Of a DNA stretch of 64,000 nt, positions 29,309 to 39,203 are shown piece by piece. Made by a program: the position numbers and the translations under genes. This stretch comes from Candidatus Omnitrophota bacterium (lineage in GTDB: Bacteria > Omnitrophota > Gorgyraeia > Zapsychrales > JANLHA01): positions 31,760 through 95,759 of the forward strand of contig JAHFFT010000002.1 in the NCBI GenBank assembly GCA_023247795.1, in the 5' to 3' direction. Below the pieces are notes generated by a model that saw nothing but the letters and a program-made list of their open reading frames with translations, had not been told where the DNA came from and searched no databases. The stretch's first letter is position 1. Every line of letters begins with the position of its first letter.

Positions 29309-29372
29309 ACAAATCTCGTGAAGACCTCTTTTAGGGCTGCCCCCTTAAGGGGCAGCCCCCACCATCAAATTC

Positions 29373-31610
29373 ATGCGCAAAGAATTCTTAATTTTGGAAT
29401 CCCTTAAATTCAAGGGCGATTGTTTTAAGCTGTTTCGACGCTTGCGGCATCATCCCCACGCTTTTCTTTTAGAAAGCAGTTTGCGCCATAAAGATTACGG
29501 CCGCTATTCTTTCATGGGGTGCGATCCTTTTTTTGTCTTCAAGGGCGATGGCCGTAGTCTCCTTCCCAATCTTCGTAAACATTTTGAACCGTTTCATTTT
29601 CAGAAATTGAAATGCCCAACACCGTTTCCCGCCGGGATCTTGGGATATTTGAGTTATGATTATGGTTTAAGCCTTGAACACGTCGGGTCTGTCCGACGTG
29701 CTAAAGGGATCTTCGACGGATGGTTTGGTTTTTATGATACGGTTATCACGATTGATCATCAGCAGAGCAAGATTTTTATCTGCTCGTCTGGCTGGCCGGA
29801 AAGGAAATTAGCGGCGCGAAAAATAAGGGCGCAGAAACGCCTTCAGGAGATCATATCTTGCTTAGAGAAAGAAGAGTTGCCCGAGATTTCCATTCCTCTT
29901 CGCCCAAGCGTTTTTCGTTTGCAAAGCAATTTCAGTAAGGGGCAGTATGTGCAGGCCGTTCAGAAGGCCAAAGAGTATATCCGTGCCGGTGACATTTATC
30001 AGGTGAACTTGTCACAAAGATTTCATTGCGATCTGCCGTCGTCTCAAGGTAAGGAAGATTCATTAAAACTTTACGAGGTGTTGAAATCCCTTTCCCCGGC
30101 GGCCTTTTCTTCTTATCTTGACGTCGGAGGATTTCAGATCATCAGCAGTTCGCCGGAACGGTTTTTGAGTTTGCGAGAGAACTTGATCCAGACCCGCCCT
30201 ATGAAAGGGACTCGACCCCGAGGAGAAAATCAAAGGGATGATTGGGAGCAAAGAGAGAGTTTGCTGCATAGCAGCAAGGAAAAGGCTGAATTGCTGATGA
30301 TCACCGATCTTGAACGCAACGATTTGGGACGGGTGTGCGATTTTGGATCCGTTCAGGTGGAACGCCTGCGGACTTTGGAGCGATACAAAACTGTTCATCA
30401 GGCCACGTCAACCATTTCCGGCCGGTTAAGAAAAGATAAGGATTGTTTTGATTTGCTGGGTGCGGCTTTTCCCGGTGGATCCATCACCGGCTGTCCTAAA
30501 ATTCGCGCGATGCAGATCATTCAAGAATTGGAAAAGACGCCCCGCGGGATTTACACCGGTTGTTTGGGCTATGTTTCATTTGACCGGAATATGGATTTTA
30601 ATATTTTGATCCGTACTTTGCTCCGTCAGGATTCGCAAGTGGCTTTTCAGGTCGGCAGTGGGATTGTGGCGGATTCAAAGCCCAATGCCGAGTATCAGGA
30701 GACGTTGGATAAAGCCAAGGCCTTGAAAGAGTGCTTGTTAAAAATGACTGACCAAACTTCTGACCTGCGGGGTCAGAATGGTGAAAAGAGGGGAGTGTGG
30801 ATTTATTGGGACGGAGAAATGCGGGAGGTCCCAGAGGCGTTTTGTGATTCTTTAACACCCGGCAGATTTTCGGTCGATGGAGTTTTTGAAACCATGCTGT
30901 TTCATCAGGGGAATGTTGTTTTGTTGGAACGGCATCTCAAACGGTTTGTTAAAGGCGCGGTCACGGTCGGAATTCAGAAAATTCCAACTGTTCAGCGGTT
31001 GAAGTGGATTATCAAAGACGTCATCAGAAAAAATGGTTTTCAGTTGGCGCGCGTACGGTTGATGGCTTGGCAACAGTCGAGTAAAGGTGTTTTCTGCGCG
31101 ATGGTTTTGCCGCATCAGCTTTACCCGAAAGCAAAATACGAAAAGGGGTTCCATGTGCAGATGGCTCATCGGAAGATTTGTTCCGACGCAAAACCAAGTC
31201 ATGTGAAGTCGTTGGATTATGGAAACTTTTATCAGGCGTATGTGAAGACGAAAGCGCTGGGGTATGATGAGGTGGTATTTTTAAATGAGCGCGGGGAAGT
31301 GGCGGAGGCCAGCCGCAGCAACATTTTTTTGGTGAAAGATGGGCAGTTGTTAACTCCGCATTTGAAATCCGGAGCTCTCGATGGAATCACCCGTTGGCAA
31401 GTGATCCAAGTGGCAAGAAAATTCAACCTGCGCGTTCAAGAAACATTTTTAACAAAAGTTGACTTATCAGCCGCTGATGAAATGTTTTTAACCAACTCGC
31501 TGTTGGGCGTCATGCCGGTCACACGGCTGAGCGGACAGTCGGTGGCCGACGGTCGGCCCGGCCCGATCACGGAACAGCTTAAAAAAAAATATGACCGGCG
31601 TTTAAATTAA
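29373..31610 (+). CDS. fused aminodeoxychorismate synthase component I (PabB) / class IV aminotransferase-fold aminodeoxychorismate lyase (PabC)
   Basis: Chorismate-binding motifs SSPERFL, PMKGTRPRG, LMITDLERNDLGRV, GGSITGCPKIRAMQII. C-terminal ~270 aa is a branched-chain/ADC-lyase-type fold. Confidence 0.75.
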   Translation: MRKEFLILESLKFKGDCFKLFRRLRHHPHAFLLESSLRHKDYGRYSFMGCDPFFVFKGDGRSLLPNLRKHFEPFHFQKLKCPTPFPAGILGYLSYDYGLSLEHVGSVRRAKGIFDGWFGFYDTVITIDHQQSKIFICSSGWPERKLAARKIRAQKRLQEIISCLEKEELPEISIPLRPSVFRLQSNFSKGQYVQAVQKAKEYIRAGDIYQVNLSQRFHCDLPSSQGKEDSLKLYEVLKSLSPAAFSSYLDVGGFQIISSSPERFLSLRENLIQTRPMKGTRPRGENQRDDWEQRESLLHSSKEKAELLMITDLERNDLGRVCDFGSVQVERLRTLERYKTVHQATSTISGRLRKDKDCFDLLGAAFPGGSITGCPKIRAMQIIQELEKTPRGIYTGCLGYVSFDRNMDFNILIRTLLRQDSQVAFQVGSGIVADSKPNAEYQETLDKAKALKECLLKMTDQTSDLRGQNGEKRGVWIYWDGEMREVPEAFCDSLTPGRFSVDGVFETMLFHQGNVVLLERHLKRFVKGAVTVGIQKIPTVQRLKWIIKDVIRKNGFQLARVRLMAWQQSSKGVFCAMVLPHQLYPKAKYEKGFHVQMAHRKICSDAKPSHVKSLDYGNFYQAYVKTKALGYDEVVFLNERGEVAEASRSNIFLVKDGQLLTPHLKSGALDGITRWQVIQVARKFNLRVQETFLTKVDLSAADEMFLTNSLLGVMPVTRLSGQSVADGRPGPITEQLKKKYDRRLN

Positions 31611-31655
31611 TTATTTCATTTTGGAATTACCTTGGGAATTGGCTAGGAAAACTGT

Positions 31656-33026
31656 GTGAAGAAAATATTTATTTCAAGTTTGATTGTTTCTTTGCTAACA
31701 CTTGTTTCTGCTGATGTATTTGCCGTTAGCAACATAGGTATTAACCAAGAGAGCGTGTTAACTAACGAAGAAAGAGATCGACTGTTAGCCTCCACCAGTG
31801 GGGCAATAGCTTGTTTGACTGTTCAAGAGCAAGGTAGCGATAAGGAGATATTTGCTGGAACAGGTTTTTTTATCCATGAAGCAGGACTTTTATTAACAAA
31901 TTACCATGTCATTTGTAGGACTGAGAAAGTTTTCGCCCAAGCCGGTGGCAGGCATGCCAAAGCTCAGCTGCTTAAAGTCATATTTTGTGATCAGAAGAGA
32001 GATTATTGTGTGCTTCAATTTCCCGTAGAAGTTGCGCAGCCGTTATCTGTGAGAAGCGACTCATTGCCACAGACCGGAGAAAAAGTATACACTTTAGGTT
32101 TTGTGGGTGGGTGTGATAACCTTTTGATTTCCTCTGGAAATTTTATTGGAAGAGATGAAATATTCAAACAAGATTTTCTCACGGCAACAACAGTTACAGT
32201 TATAGGTAATAGTGGTGGTCCGATTGTGGATCATGACGGCCATGCAATCGGTATTGTTGCTGGCTCCTTACCGGATCGTGATCCCGTAGAAACATACGCG
32301 ATACCGCTCATTGACACGCTAAATGTTGATCTTACCCAAGAAATTCCGTTGAGCGAGTTAACAGAGCGATCTCCCATGCTAAGTTTTTCTTTAGGCCTGC
32401 GGCGCTATGAACAAGGAAAATACATCGAAGCGGTTAATGCTTTAACAGAAGCTTTAGAAGCGGGGCCAGATTCTGATATTTATTTTCAACGAGGTCTGGC
32501 TTTTTACAAGTTAGGTCGTTTAAACGAATCATTGTCTGATATGAATGACGCGATAGATATCGTCGTTAGTGATCGAGACCGTTCTAGGATATTAACGCTC
32601 CGTGGGCTTGTTTATAAAGATAAAAAGGTTTTTACTAAGGCGTTGGAAGATTTTAATCGAGCAATTGAATTGGAACCTCAAAATGCTACGGCATATCATG
32701 ACCGCGGCTTATTGTATGATTTGAAAGGTGATCATATAAAAGCTATTGCTGATTATTCTGAAGCAGTGGTTATTAGTCCCCAATTGGCAAACGCTTATTA
32801 TGACCGCGGGTTGACTTATCAGGTAGAAGAAGGAGATATTGATAAAGCAATTACGGATTATTCCAAGGTGATCGAACTAGACCCGAATCACAAGAGTGCT
32901 TATTGGAATAGGGCCGTCGCGTATTATCAAAAGGGCGATATTTCTAGAAGCCGATCAGATGCAATGAGGGCGAAGGAATTGGGTGCAACAGTTGATGAAG
33001 GGTTAATTGAGAAACTTGGTTTGTAA
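31656..33026 (+). CDS. secreted trypsin-like (S1) serine protease fused to C-terminal TPR repeats
   Basis: Signal peptide. Catalytic His (LTNYHV) and Asp, with Ser in GNSGGPIV. About 6 TPR units (AYHDRGLLYDLKGD…). GTG start. Confidence 0.65.
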   Translation: MKKIFISSLIVSLLTLVSADVFAVSNIGINQESVLTNEERDRLLASTSGAIACLTVQEQGSDKEIFAGTGFFIHEAGLLLTNYHVICRTEKVFAQAGGRHAKAQLLKVIFCDQKRDYCVLQFPVEVAQPLSVRSDSLPQTGEKVYTLGFVGGCDNLLISSGNFIGRDEIFKQDFLTATTVTVIGNSGGPIVDHDGHAIGIVAGSLPDRDPVETYAIPLIDTLNVDLTQEIPLSELTERSPMLSFSLGLRRYEQGKYIEAVNALTEALEAGPDSDIYFQRGLAFYKLGRLNESLSDMNDAIDIVVSDRDRSRILTLRGLVYKDKKVFTKALEDFNRAIELEPQNATAYHDRGLLYDLKGDHIKAIADYSEAVVISPQLANAYYDRGLTYQVEEGDIDKAITDYSKVIELDPNHKSAYWNRAVAYYQKGDISRSRSDAMRAKELGATVDEGLIEKLGL

Positions 33027-33106
33027 ATTTGTCTGGAAATATTCGTCTTAAACGTAACCGAGTTTCTTAATTTTTCTATTTGCCCGGAGTCTTAGGAAAA
33101 AGTATA

Positions 33107-34141
33107 ATGTTGTCGATGAGAAAAATTATCGAGAAATTTCTACCAGCAGGCCTTTTATTCTCACTCGTCTTTCTTTCGGTCCATTCCTACGGACAGGAGG
33201 GACTCGTCACGCAAGATCCTCCGCAACAACAACCGGAACAACAATGGGAAATGTCGCTTGAACAGCTTAAATCAAAAGCCCAGTTTTTGTTGCAGGAAAA
33301 TCAAAAATTGCAGTCTGAGTATCAGACTCTTTCAGAAAAAATTAATACGGCGCAAGGATCCATTGAGCAGTTGGATAAGGATATCGACGAGCAAGGGAAG
33401 GTCAACGCTAAGTTGAAGACGATGTATGATGAAAAGATTAAAAGTACGGAGCCAGAAAACAGCGAAGTGACGCGTTTGAAAGCCGAGGTTGCGGACATTG
33501 AAAAGGCCAATGCCAAGCTGAGACAGGATTTGGCAATGGCGGAAAGTGCTGCGGCCGGTTCGGAAAAAGAAATGCAAGCTCTGGAAGCGCAGAAACAAAC
33601 GTTATCGTCGGAAATCCAGCAGAGACAAGAACTGTATCAGGATTTTTTGAACCAAGGGACCGCGGCCTTTAAAGATAAAAAGGGGCAGCTGACGGAATTC
33701 CAGAAAAAAGAAGAGGAATTGCAAGCTGGTATCGAGGGTTTGGAAAAAAAGGCGGCGCTGCTGCCGGGAAAAGTGGATGAGATGGCTAAGCAGAACCATC
33801 AGCTAGAGGATGAAGCGTCCGCGCTCAAGCGGCAAAAGAGCGAGCAGGAGCGTAAAAATGAAGTCCTTCGTCGGGAGAATCAAAAATTGCAGCAGACCGG
33901 CCAGATCGTTTCTTCTCAAATCGTACGAGAGCGATGGCAGTTGGAAAGAGAAGTGAAGCTGCTCACCCAAGAACTGGATTCCGCAAGGAATTCTGTCCAG
34001 CAATCATCGAATATCATTGCTATGAAGCGCGAACTGATGGATAAAATTATGGTTTTGGACGCGGAAAATCAAAAATTGCGCGACCAGGTTTCTCAGTTGA
34101 TGGAAGAAGTCAAATCCAAAAAGCAGGATATGAATCTCTAG
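33107..34141 (+). CDS. exported coiled-coil protein (Q/E/K-rich)
   Basis: Signal-like LLFSLVFLSVHSYG, then ~300 aa of heptad-like charged sequence. ATG 33107 preferred over the TTG at 33080 in the track. Confidence 0.45.
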   Translation: MLSMRKIIEKFLPAGLLFSLVFLSVHSYGQEGLVTQDPPQQQPEQQWEMSLEQLKSKAQFLLQENQKLQSEYQTLSEKINTAQGSIEQLDKDIDEQGKVNAKLKTMYDEKIKSTEPENSEVTRLKAEVADIEKANAKLRQDLAMAESAAAGSEKEMQALEAQKQTLSSEIQQRQELYQDFLNQGTAAFKDKKGQLTEFQKKEEELQAGIEGLEKKAALLPGKVDEMAKQNHQLEDEASALKRQKSEQERKNEVLRRENQKLQQTGQIVSSQIVRERWQLEREVKLLTQELDSARNSVQQSSNIIAMKRELMDKIMVLDAENQKLRDQVSQLMEEVKSKKQDMNL

Positions 34142-34292
34142 TTGGTTCCCTTCTGATCGTCCTTCCCATCCCAATTTCCCTCTAAAAGTGTGGATTTTTT
34201 CATTAGGTTCAAAACTGCTCTTCATGTATAATGGCCATTAATCTCACAACATTTCTTTTTTTGTATCAATATTTATCACGAAAGGAATCGTT

Positions 34293-34778
34293 ATGGACGA
34301 GATCTTAGAAGTCTTGGTGGGTAACGGCCGCGCTACTCCGGAAGAGATCGCCAAATTGACCGGAAAAAATGTGGCGCAAGTTAAAAAGCTGATTAACAAA
34401 TACGAAACCGACGGCACGATCGTCAAATACAAAGCGATCCTGAATACCGAATTGATTCCCGAACGTCGATCCTTGGTCACGGCGTTGATTGAGGTGTGTA
34501 TCGATCCGCAGGAGGATGCCGGGTTTGATCGTGTTGCGGAAAGGATCTACAATTTTCCGGAGGTCACGAGCTGTTATCTGGTTTCCGGGGATCATGATTT
34601 GCTCGTCGTGGTTGAAGGGGACAGCCTGAACACCGTTGCCGATTTTATCGCTTCCAAATTGGCCCCGATGGCCCATGTGCGCAGCACCCGCACGCATTTC
34701 CTTCTGAAGAAGTACAAAGAGGATGGTCAGATCCTCAAGAAGGGTGCTGGGAAAAAACGTCTTAACATTTCTTATTGA
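34293..34778 (+). CDS. Lrp/AsnC family transcriptional regulator
   Basis: N-terminal HTH (MDEILEVLVGNGRATPEEIAKLTG…) plus a C-terminal RAM-like domain. 161 aa. Confidence 0.7.
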   Translation: MDEILEVLVGNGRATPEEIAKLTGKNVAQVKKLINKYETDGTIVKYKAILNTELIPERRSLVTALIEVCIDPQEDAGFDRVAERIYNFPEVTSCYLVSGDHDLLVVVEGDSLNTVADFIASKLAPMAHVRSTRTHFLLKKYKEDGQILKKGAGKKRLNISY

Positions 34779-34786
34779 AAGTTTCT

Positions 34787-35962
34787 ATGACTCCGGTGAC
34801 TCAGGAAAGAATTTCAAAAATAGTAGAAAAATTAGCCCCCTCTGGGATCCGGGCCTTTTTTGATTTGGTCTTGAACATGAAGGACGTCATTTCGCTTGGT
34901 GTCGGTGAACCGGACTTTGTCACTCCCTGGCACATCCGCGAGAAGGCCATCCATTCTTTAGAAAAGGGGTTTACGTCTTACACCTCCAATAAAGGGATGC
35001 CGGAACTTCGCAAAGAAATCGCGCAATTCCTTCAGAAGCGTTATGGATTGAGTTATGATTTCTCGGAAGAGATCTTGATCACCGTCGGGGTCAGTGAAGG
35101 GTTGGATTTAGCGATGCGGGCCCTTCTTAATCCCGGAGATAAAGTTTTGGTTCCGGAGCCAGCGTATGTTTCTTACGGGCCGGTCGTTGAATTGGCCGGC
35201 GGTGAGCCGATTTATTTACAGACCAACATCAAAAATGAGTTCAAATTGACGGCACAGCAGATCGATCAAGCCGCGGTCAAAGGGACCAAGGCCTTGATGA
35301 TCAATTATCCGTCCAATCCAACAGGCACGTCTTATACCAAAGCGGAACTGCTCGCGATCGCCCAGGTGGTGAAAAAGCATGATCTTTTGATCGTCAGCGA
35401 CGAGGTTTATGATGAACTGACTTACGACTTTGATCATACGCCGCTTTCATCCCTCCCGGGGATGAAAGACCGGGTGATTTATCTCAACGGTTTTTCAAAG
35501 GCCTATGCCATGACCGGATTTCGCATTGGTTATGCCTGCGGCCCGCGTGAGATCGTCGCGGCCATGACCAAGATCCATCAATATACGATGTTATGCGCGT
35601 CCATTACCGGGCAGATTGCCGCTCAAGACGCGTTGAAATACGGCCAGCGGGATGTGGCGGAAATGCGTAAAGAATACAATCGTCGTCGTCGATATATGGT
35701 CAGCAGCCTCAATGAATTGGGCCTGGATTGCCATACCCCGCAAGGAGCATTTTATGTCTTCCCATCAATCCAAAAGACTGGAATGAAGTCATTGGATTTC
35801 GCTAAAGATCTTTTAGAGAAAGAAAAAGTCGCCTTGGTTCCGGGGGTGGCCTTTGGCCCGTCGTGTGAAGGGTATATCCGAATTTCCTACGCTTCCAGTT
35901 ACGAGAACTTGCAGGAAGCTGTCAAACGGATAAAAAGATATCTTCAAAAAAGTAAAGAGTGA
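34787..35962 (+). CDS. class I/II PLP-dependent aminotransferase (aspartate/aromatic aminotransferase-like)
   Basis: PLP lysine motif NGFSKAYAMTGFRIGY and NPTG. ATG 34787 (the track TTG at 34775 overlaps the asnC-like stop). Confidence 0.75.
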   Translation: MTPVTQERISKIVEKLAPSGIRAFFDLVLNMKDVISLGVGEPDFVTPWHIREKAIHSLEKGFTSYTSNKGMPELRKEIAQFLQKRYGLSYDFSEEILITVGVSEGLDLAMRALLNPGDKVLVPEPAYVSYGPVVELAGGEPIYLQTNIKNEFKLTAQQIDQAAVKGTKALMINYPSNPTGTSYTKAELLAIAQVVKKHDLLIVSDEVYDELTYDFDHTPLSSLPGMKDRVIYLNGFSKAYAMTGFRIGYACGPREIVAAMTKIHQYTMLCASITGQIAAQDALKYGQRDVAEMRKEYNRRRRYMVSSLNELGLDCHTPQGAFYVFPSIQKTGMKSLDFAKDLLEKEKVALVPGVAFGPSCEGYIRISYASSYENLQEAVKRIKRYLQKSKE

Positions 35963-35973
35963 AAAGTGAAGAG

Positions 35974-36375
35974 ATGAAAGAAACCAACCTCAAATTCGAA
36001 ATTCGTTTTTATGAAGGGATTTTAGAACACAAGCCGGATTTCATCCAGGCCTTGATGGCCTTGGCGGATTGTTACACCAGGGACGGTCAACATGAAAAAG
36101 GTCTGGTCCTTGATAAGCAACTCTCCCAATTACGGCCGGAAGATCCTTACATCCTTTACAATTTGTCGTGCAGTTATTCTTTACTCAACCAGGTCGATAA
36201 GGCCTTTGAGACAATGAAATTGGCGATCGATGGCGGCTATGATGATTTCCGTTTTTTAGCCAAGGACCAGGACTTGGAAAATCTTCGCAACGACCAACGG
36301 TTCCAGGAATATTTGCTGCAGTTCAAAAACAAGCGCGTTTTTGATCAAAACCCTGATTTAAAAACACATCCTTGA
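35974..36375 (+). CDS. small TPR-like protein
   Basis: ALMALADCYTRDGQHEKG…YNLSCSYSLLNQVDKAFETMKLAIDGGY are helical-repeat hallmarks. Confidence 0.4.
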   Translation: MKETNLKFEIRFYEGILEHKPDFIQALMALADCYTRDGQHEKGLVLDKQLSQLRPEDPYILYNLSCSYSLLNQVDKAFETMKLAIDGGYDDFRFLAKDQDLENLRNDQRFQEYLLQFKNKRVFDQNPDLKTHP

Positions 36376-39203
36376 TTGTGAATAAAACTTGGCCGCTCAT
36401 CCTTGTCGCGTGTCTGCTCGGGGGGGTGGCCCCGTCTTTTGTCTTTGCCGCTCAGCCGCCGAGATATGAAATGCAAGTCCGTGTTGACACGGATAAGAAA
36501 TTTTTGACCGCCAACCAAACAACCATGTTCACCAATCCTACCGCGCAGCCGTTGAAAGAAATTTATTTCCATATCTATCCTAACCGTCGATATACCGCGA
36601 AAGAAATTGGTTTTCTATGTCGTTTTGGTGGCTATTTCAAGGTCAATTTTTTTCCGGAAGGGTATCAGCGGACCCGTATGCAGATTGGATCAGTGAGAAC
36701 GGGAGAGCAAAATTTGTCCTATCAAATCGAAGGCGACGACGAGACCCTTTTAAAGATCGCGTTGCCACAACCTTTAGCGCCAGGAGAGACGGTTGCGCTG
36801 ACCATCGATTTCAAGATCGGATTGCCGCATCAGTATGGACGATTTGGCTGGCATAAAAACATCATCCAGCTTTCCCGTTGGTATCCGATCCTAGCGGTGG
36901 TCGATGAGAAGGGATGGAACAAGGCGCCATTCTATCCTTACCAGCGCCCGTTTTACAGCGAGGCCTCCTTTTATGATGTGTCCTTAACGGTCCCAGAGAA
37001 TCAAATTGTCATTCATTCCGGAATCGAAGACGCGAGCAAGCCCATCGCTGAAGGACAGAAGACCGTGCATATCAAAACCGAAAATCCAATAAGGGATTTC
37101 AGCATGGCGATGAGCAAAGACTATTTGCTGTTGAGCCAAAAAGCGCAGGACATCACGTTCAAGGCCTTTTACTTTCCTGGTAACGAACAGCATGCCCGGC
37201 AGGCGCTTGATAGCGCCCAGCAAATGATGGCCGCGTATTCACAGAAGTTTGGGCCGTATCCGTATTCGGAATTCAGCATTGCCCCGGTTTATTTGGGGTA
37301 CGGCGGGGAGCAGATGGCGAACATGATTTTTGTAGATACCCGAGTTTTTGAGATGCCGCAAGTTTTGAATCGGCATTTTGATTTTTTAATTTCGCATGAA
37401 ACCGGGCACCAGTGGTTTTACAATCTGGTCGGTGTTGATGAATACTGCCAGATGTGGCTGGAGGAAGGGGTCCATTCTTTTTTTCTTTCGGAATATTTCC
37501 GGCAAAAATACGGCGCGGACGCGTCCATTTTGGATTTTCCGAAATGGTGCAAGAGTTGGAACTGGGTCTTACCGAAGTTGACTTTTGAGCGGGCGAGTAC
37601 GGTCCGATATCAGATGATGGTTCGCATGGGATATGACCGGCCGATCGTCGATGATCTATCTAGTTTCGCGGAACCGAGCAGCATTTTCGCGTTGACCTAC
37701 GGCAAGGGAGCACAGATTGTAAAGATGTTGCAAACCTTGTTGGGTCGAGAACGGATGGATAAGATTTTTCAAAGGATCTTTCGAGAATACCAATTTAAAA
37801 ATTGGTCGATCGTGGACTTTAAAAAAATTTGTGAACAGGAAAGCGGTTTGTCTTTGGATTGGTTTTTCCAAGAGTGGCTGCATTCGGTAAAAAAGCTCGA
37901 TGTTACCGTTCGCAAGGTACAAGGGAATCGGTTAGTCTTACAAAATCGCGGCAACGCCGTGATGCCGGTCAAGGTGCGGATACGGTTTCGGGATGGGGGA
38001 GAGGAAACTTTTGATTGGCAGCCACGGGGTGCCGGCGAGATCGCGACTTTTGAAAAGAGTCGCAGGATCAAATCGGTGCAAGTTGATCCGGAAAGAACTT
38101 TGCTCGATGTTGATCGCACCAATAATCTCTGGCCACGGGTCGTTGAAATCCATCCGGTGCCAATTTATCTGGGGCTTTACGATCTGCCGGTCCTTTTGCC
38201 AGACGACCGCGTCAATGTCGTGATTGGTCCGGAGACCGCCAATTCCGGTTTAGGCCTCAAGGTTTCGGTCCAAAAGCCGTATGATCAGATTTTTTATGCC
38301 GGTACTGATTATGAATTTCATGAAAGACATCACCATGCTCGTCTGGGCTATCAGTTAAAAAATGTTTTGCAATCACAAACAACGTTAGGGGTGGAGATTG
38401 CCAATCGCAATGATACCAAAGGGGACGAGGAGGATTTGGCCAGCGGGAAAGTGTATCTGCGCAAAGAATTGTCACCGAGCCAATATGGATTGGCTGAGAT
38501 CAATGATCACGCCACGTTGTATGTGATGCGTAACCAGAGTTTGAATGACACGGTTGATTTTATCTCTGGACGGGAAGATGTTCGGAACTTGAATTATTCC
38601 CGGATCGACGAAGCGATTGTGGGGACAACAATGCATCTGGACCGTTCTGGTCCTTATCCGGATCCGGTCAAAGGATACCGTTTGGATACGAGTCTGGAAA
38701 GCGCCGGACATTTTCTGGACGCGACCCAGTTCTTTTACCGTTCGCAGATCGATTTGAGCCTGTATCATCCCGTGACGCCAAAATCGACCTTGGCCTTGCG
38801 CAACAAGTACGATTGGGGATATCCAGATGACAAGGATTTGTTTCATATCGGCGGGATGGACGGCCTGCGGGGTTTTGAACGCAAAACGATCCGCGGGGCC
38901 AACGCTTTTTTAAGCAGTGTGGAGTATCGTTTTCCCATCAAAGAAGACTTGAAAATCCATGCCTTGGATAACATCTTTGGTTTGGAAAAGGTGAGTGGAG
39001 TGATTTTTTTTGATGCTGGCCAGGCCTGGTTTTCTGATTTTTCTGAATCGCGTTTGCGCAAAGACGCGGGATTGGGCCTGCGTTTTCACGTCGATGTTGG
39101 TTCGTTTTTAGAAAAGGTTGTTGTCCGTATGGATGTGGCCAAGGCCATCAACGAACCCGACGATGATGTCGAGTTTTGGTTTGGGGTCAATCATGCTTTT
39201 TAA
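36372..39203 (+). CDS. M1-family zinc metallopeptidase fused to a C-terminal Omp85/bacterial-surface-antigen beta-barrel
   Basis: Signal peptide. Gluzincin HETGHQWFYNLVGVDEY…WLEEG (HExxH-x18-E). C-terminal GGMDGLRGFERKTIRGANAFLSSVEYRFPI and terminal …FWFGVNHAF (a beta-barrel signature with terminal Phe). Confidence 0.6.
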   Translation: MIVNKTWPLILVACLLGGVAPSFVFAAQPPRYEMQVRVDTDKKFLTANQTTMFTNPTAQPLKEIYFHIYPNRRYTAKEIGFLCRFGGYFKVNFFPEGYQRTRMQIGSVRTGEQNLSYQIEGDDETLLKIALPQPLAPGETVALTIDFKIGLPHQYGRFGWHKNIIQLSRWYPILAVVDEKGWNKAPFYPYQRPFYSEASFYDVSLTVPENQIVIHSGIEDASKPIAEGQKTVHIKTENPIRDFSMAMSKDYLLLSQKAQDITFKAFYFPGNEQHARQALDSAQQMMAAYSQKFGPYPYSEFSIAPVYLGYGGEQMANMIFVDTRVFEMPQVLNRHFDFLISHETGHQWFYNLVGVDEYCQMWLEEGVHSFFLSEYFRQKYGADASILDFPKWCKSWNWVLPKLTFERASTVRYQMMVRMGYDRPIVDDLSSFAEPSSIFALTYGKGAQIVKMLQTLLGRERMDKIFQRIFREYQFKNWSIVDFKKICEQESGLSLDWFFQEWLHSVKKLDVTVRKVQGNRLVLQNRGNAVMPVKVRIRFRDGGEETFDWQPRGAGEIATFEKSRRIKSVQVDPERTLLDVDRTNNLWPRVVEIHPVPIYLGLYDLPVLLPDDRVNVVIGPETANSGLGLKVSVQKPYDQIFYAGTDYEFHERHHHARLGYQLKNVLQSQTTLGVEIANRNDTKGDEEDLASGKVYLRKELSPSQYGLAEINDHATLYVMRNQSLNDTVDFISGREDVRNLNYSRIDEAIVGTTMHLDRSGPYPDPVKGYRLDTSLESAGHFLDATQFFYRSQIDLSLYHPVTPKSTLALRNKYDWGYPDDKDLFHIGGMDGLRGFERKTIRGANAFLSSVEYRFPIKEDLKIHALDNIFGLEKVSGVIFFDAGQAWFSDFSESRLRKDAGLGLRFHVDVGSFLEKVVVRMDVAKAINEPDDDVEFWFGVNHAF

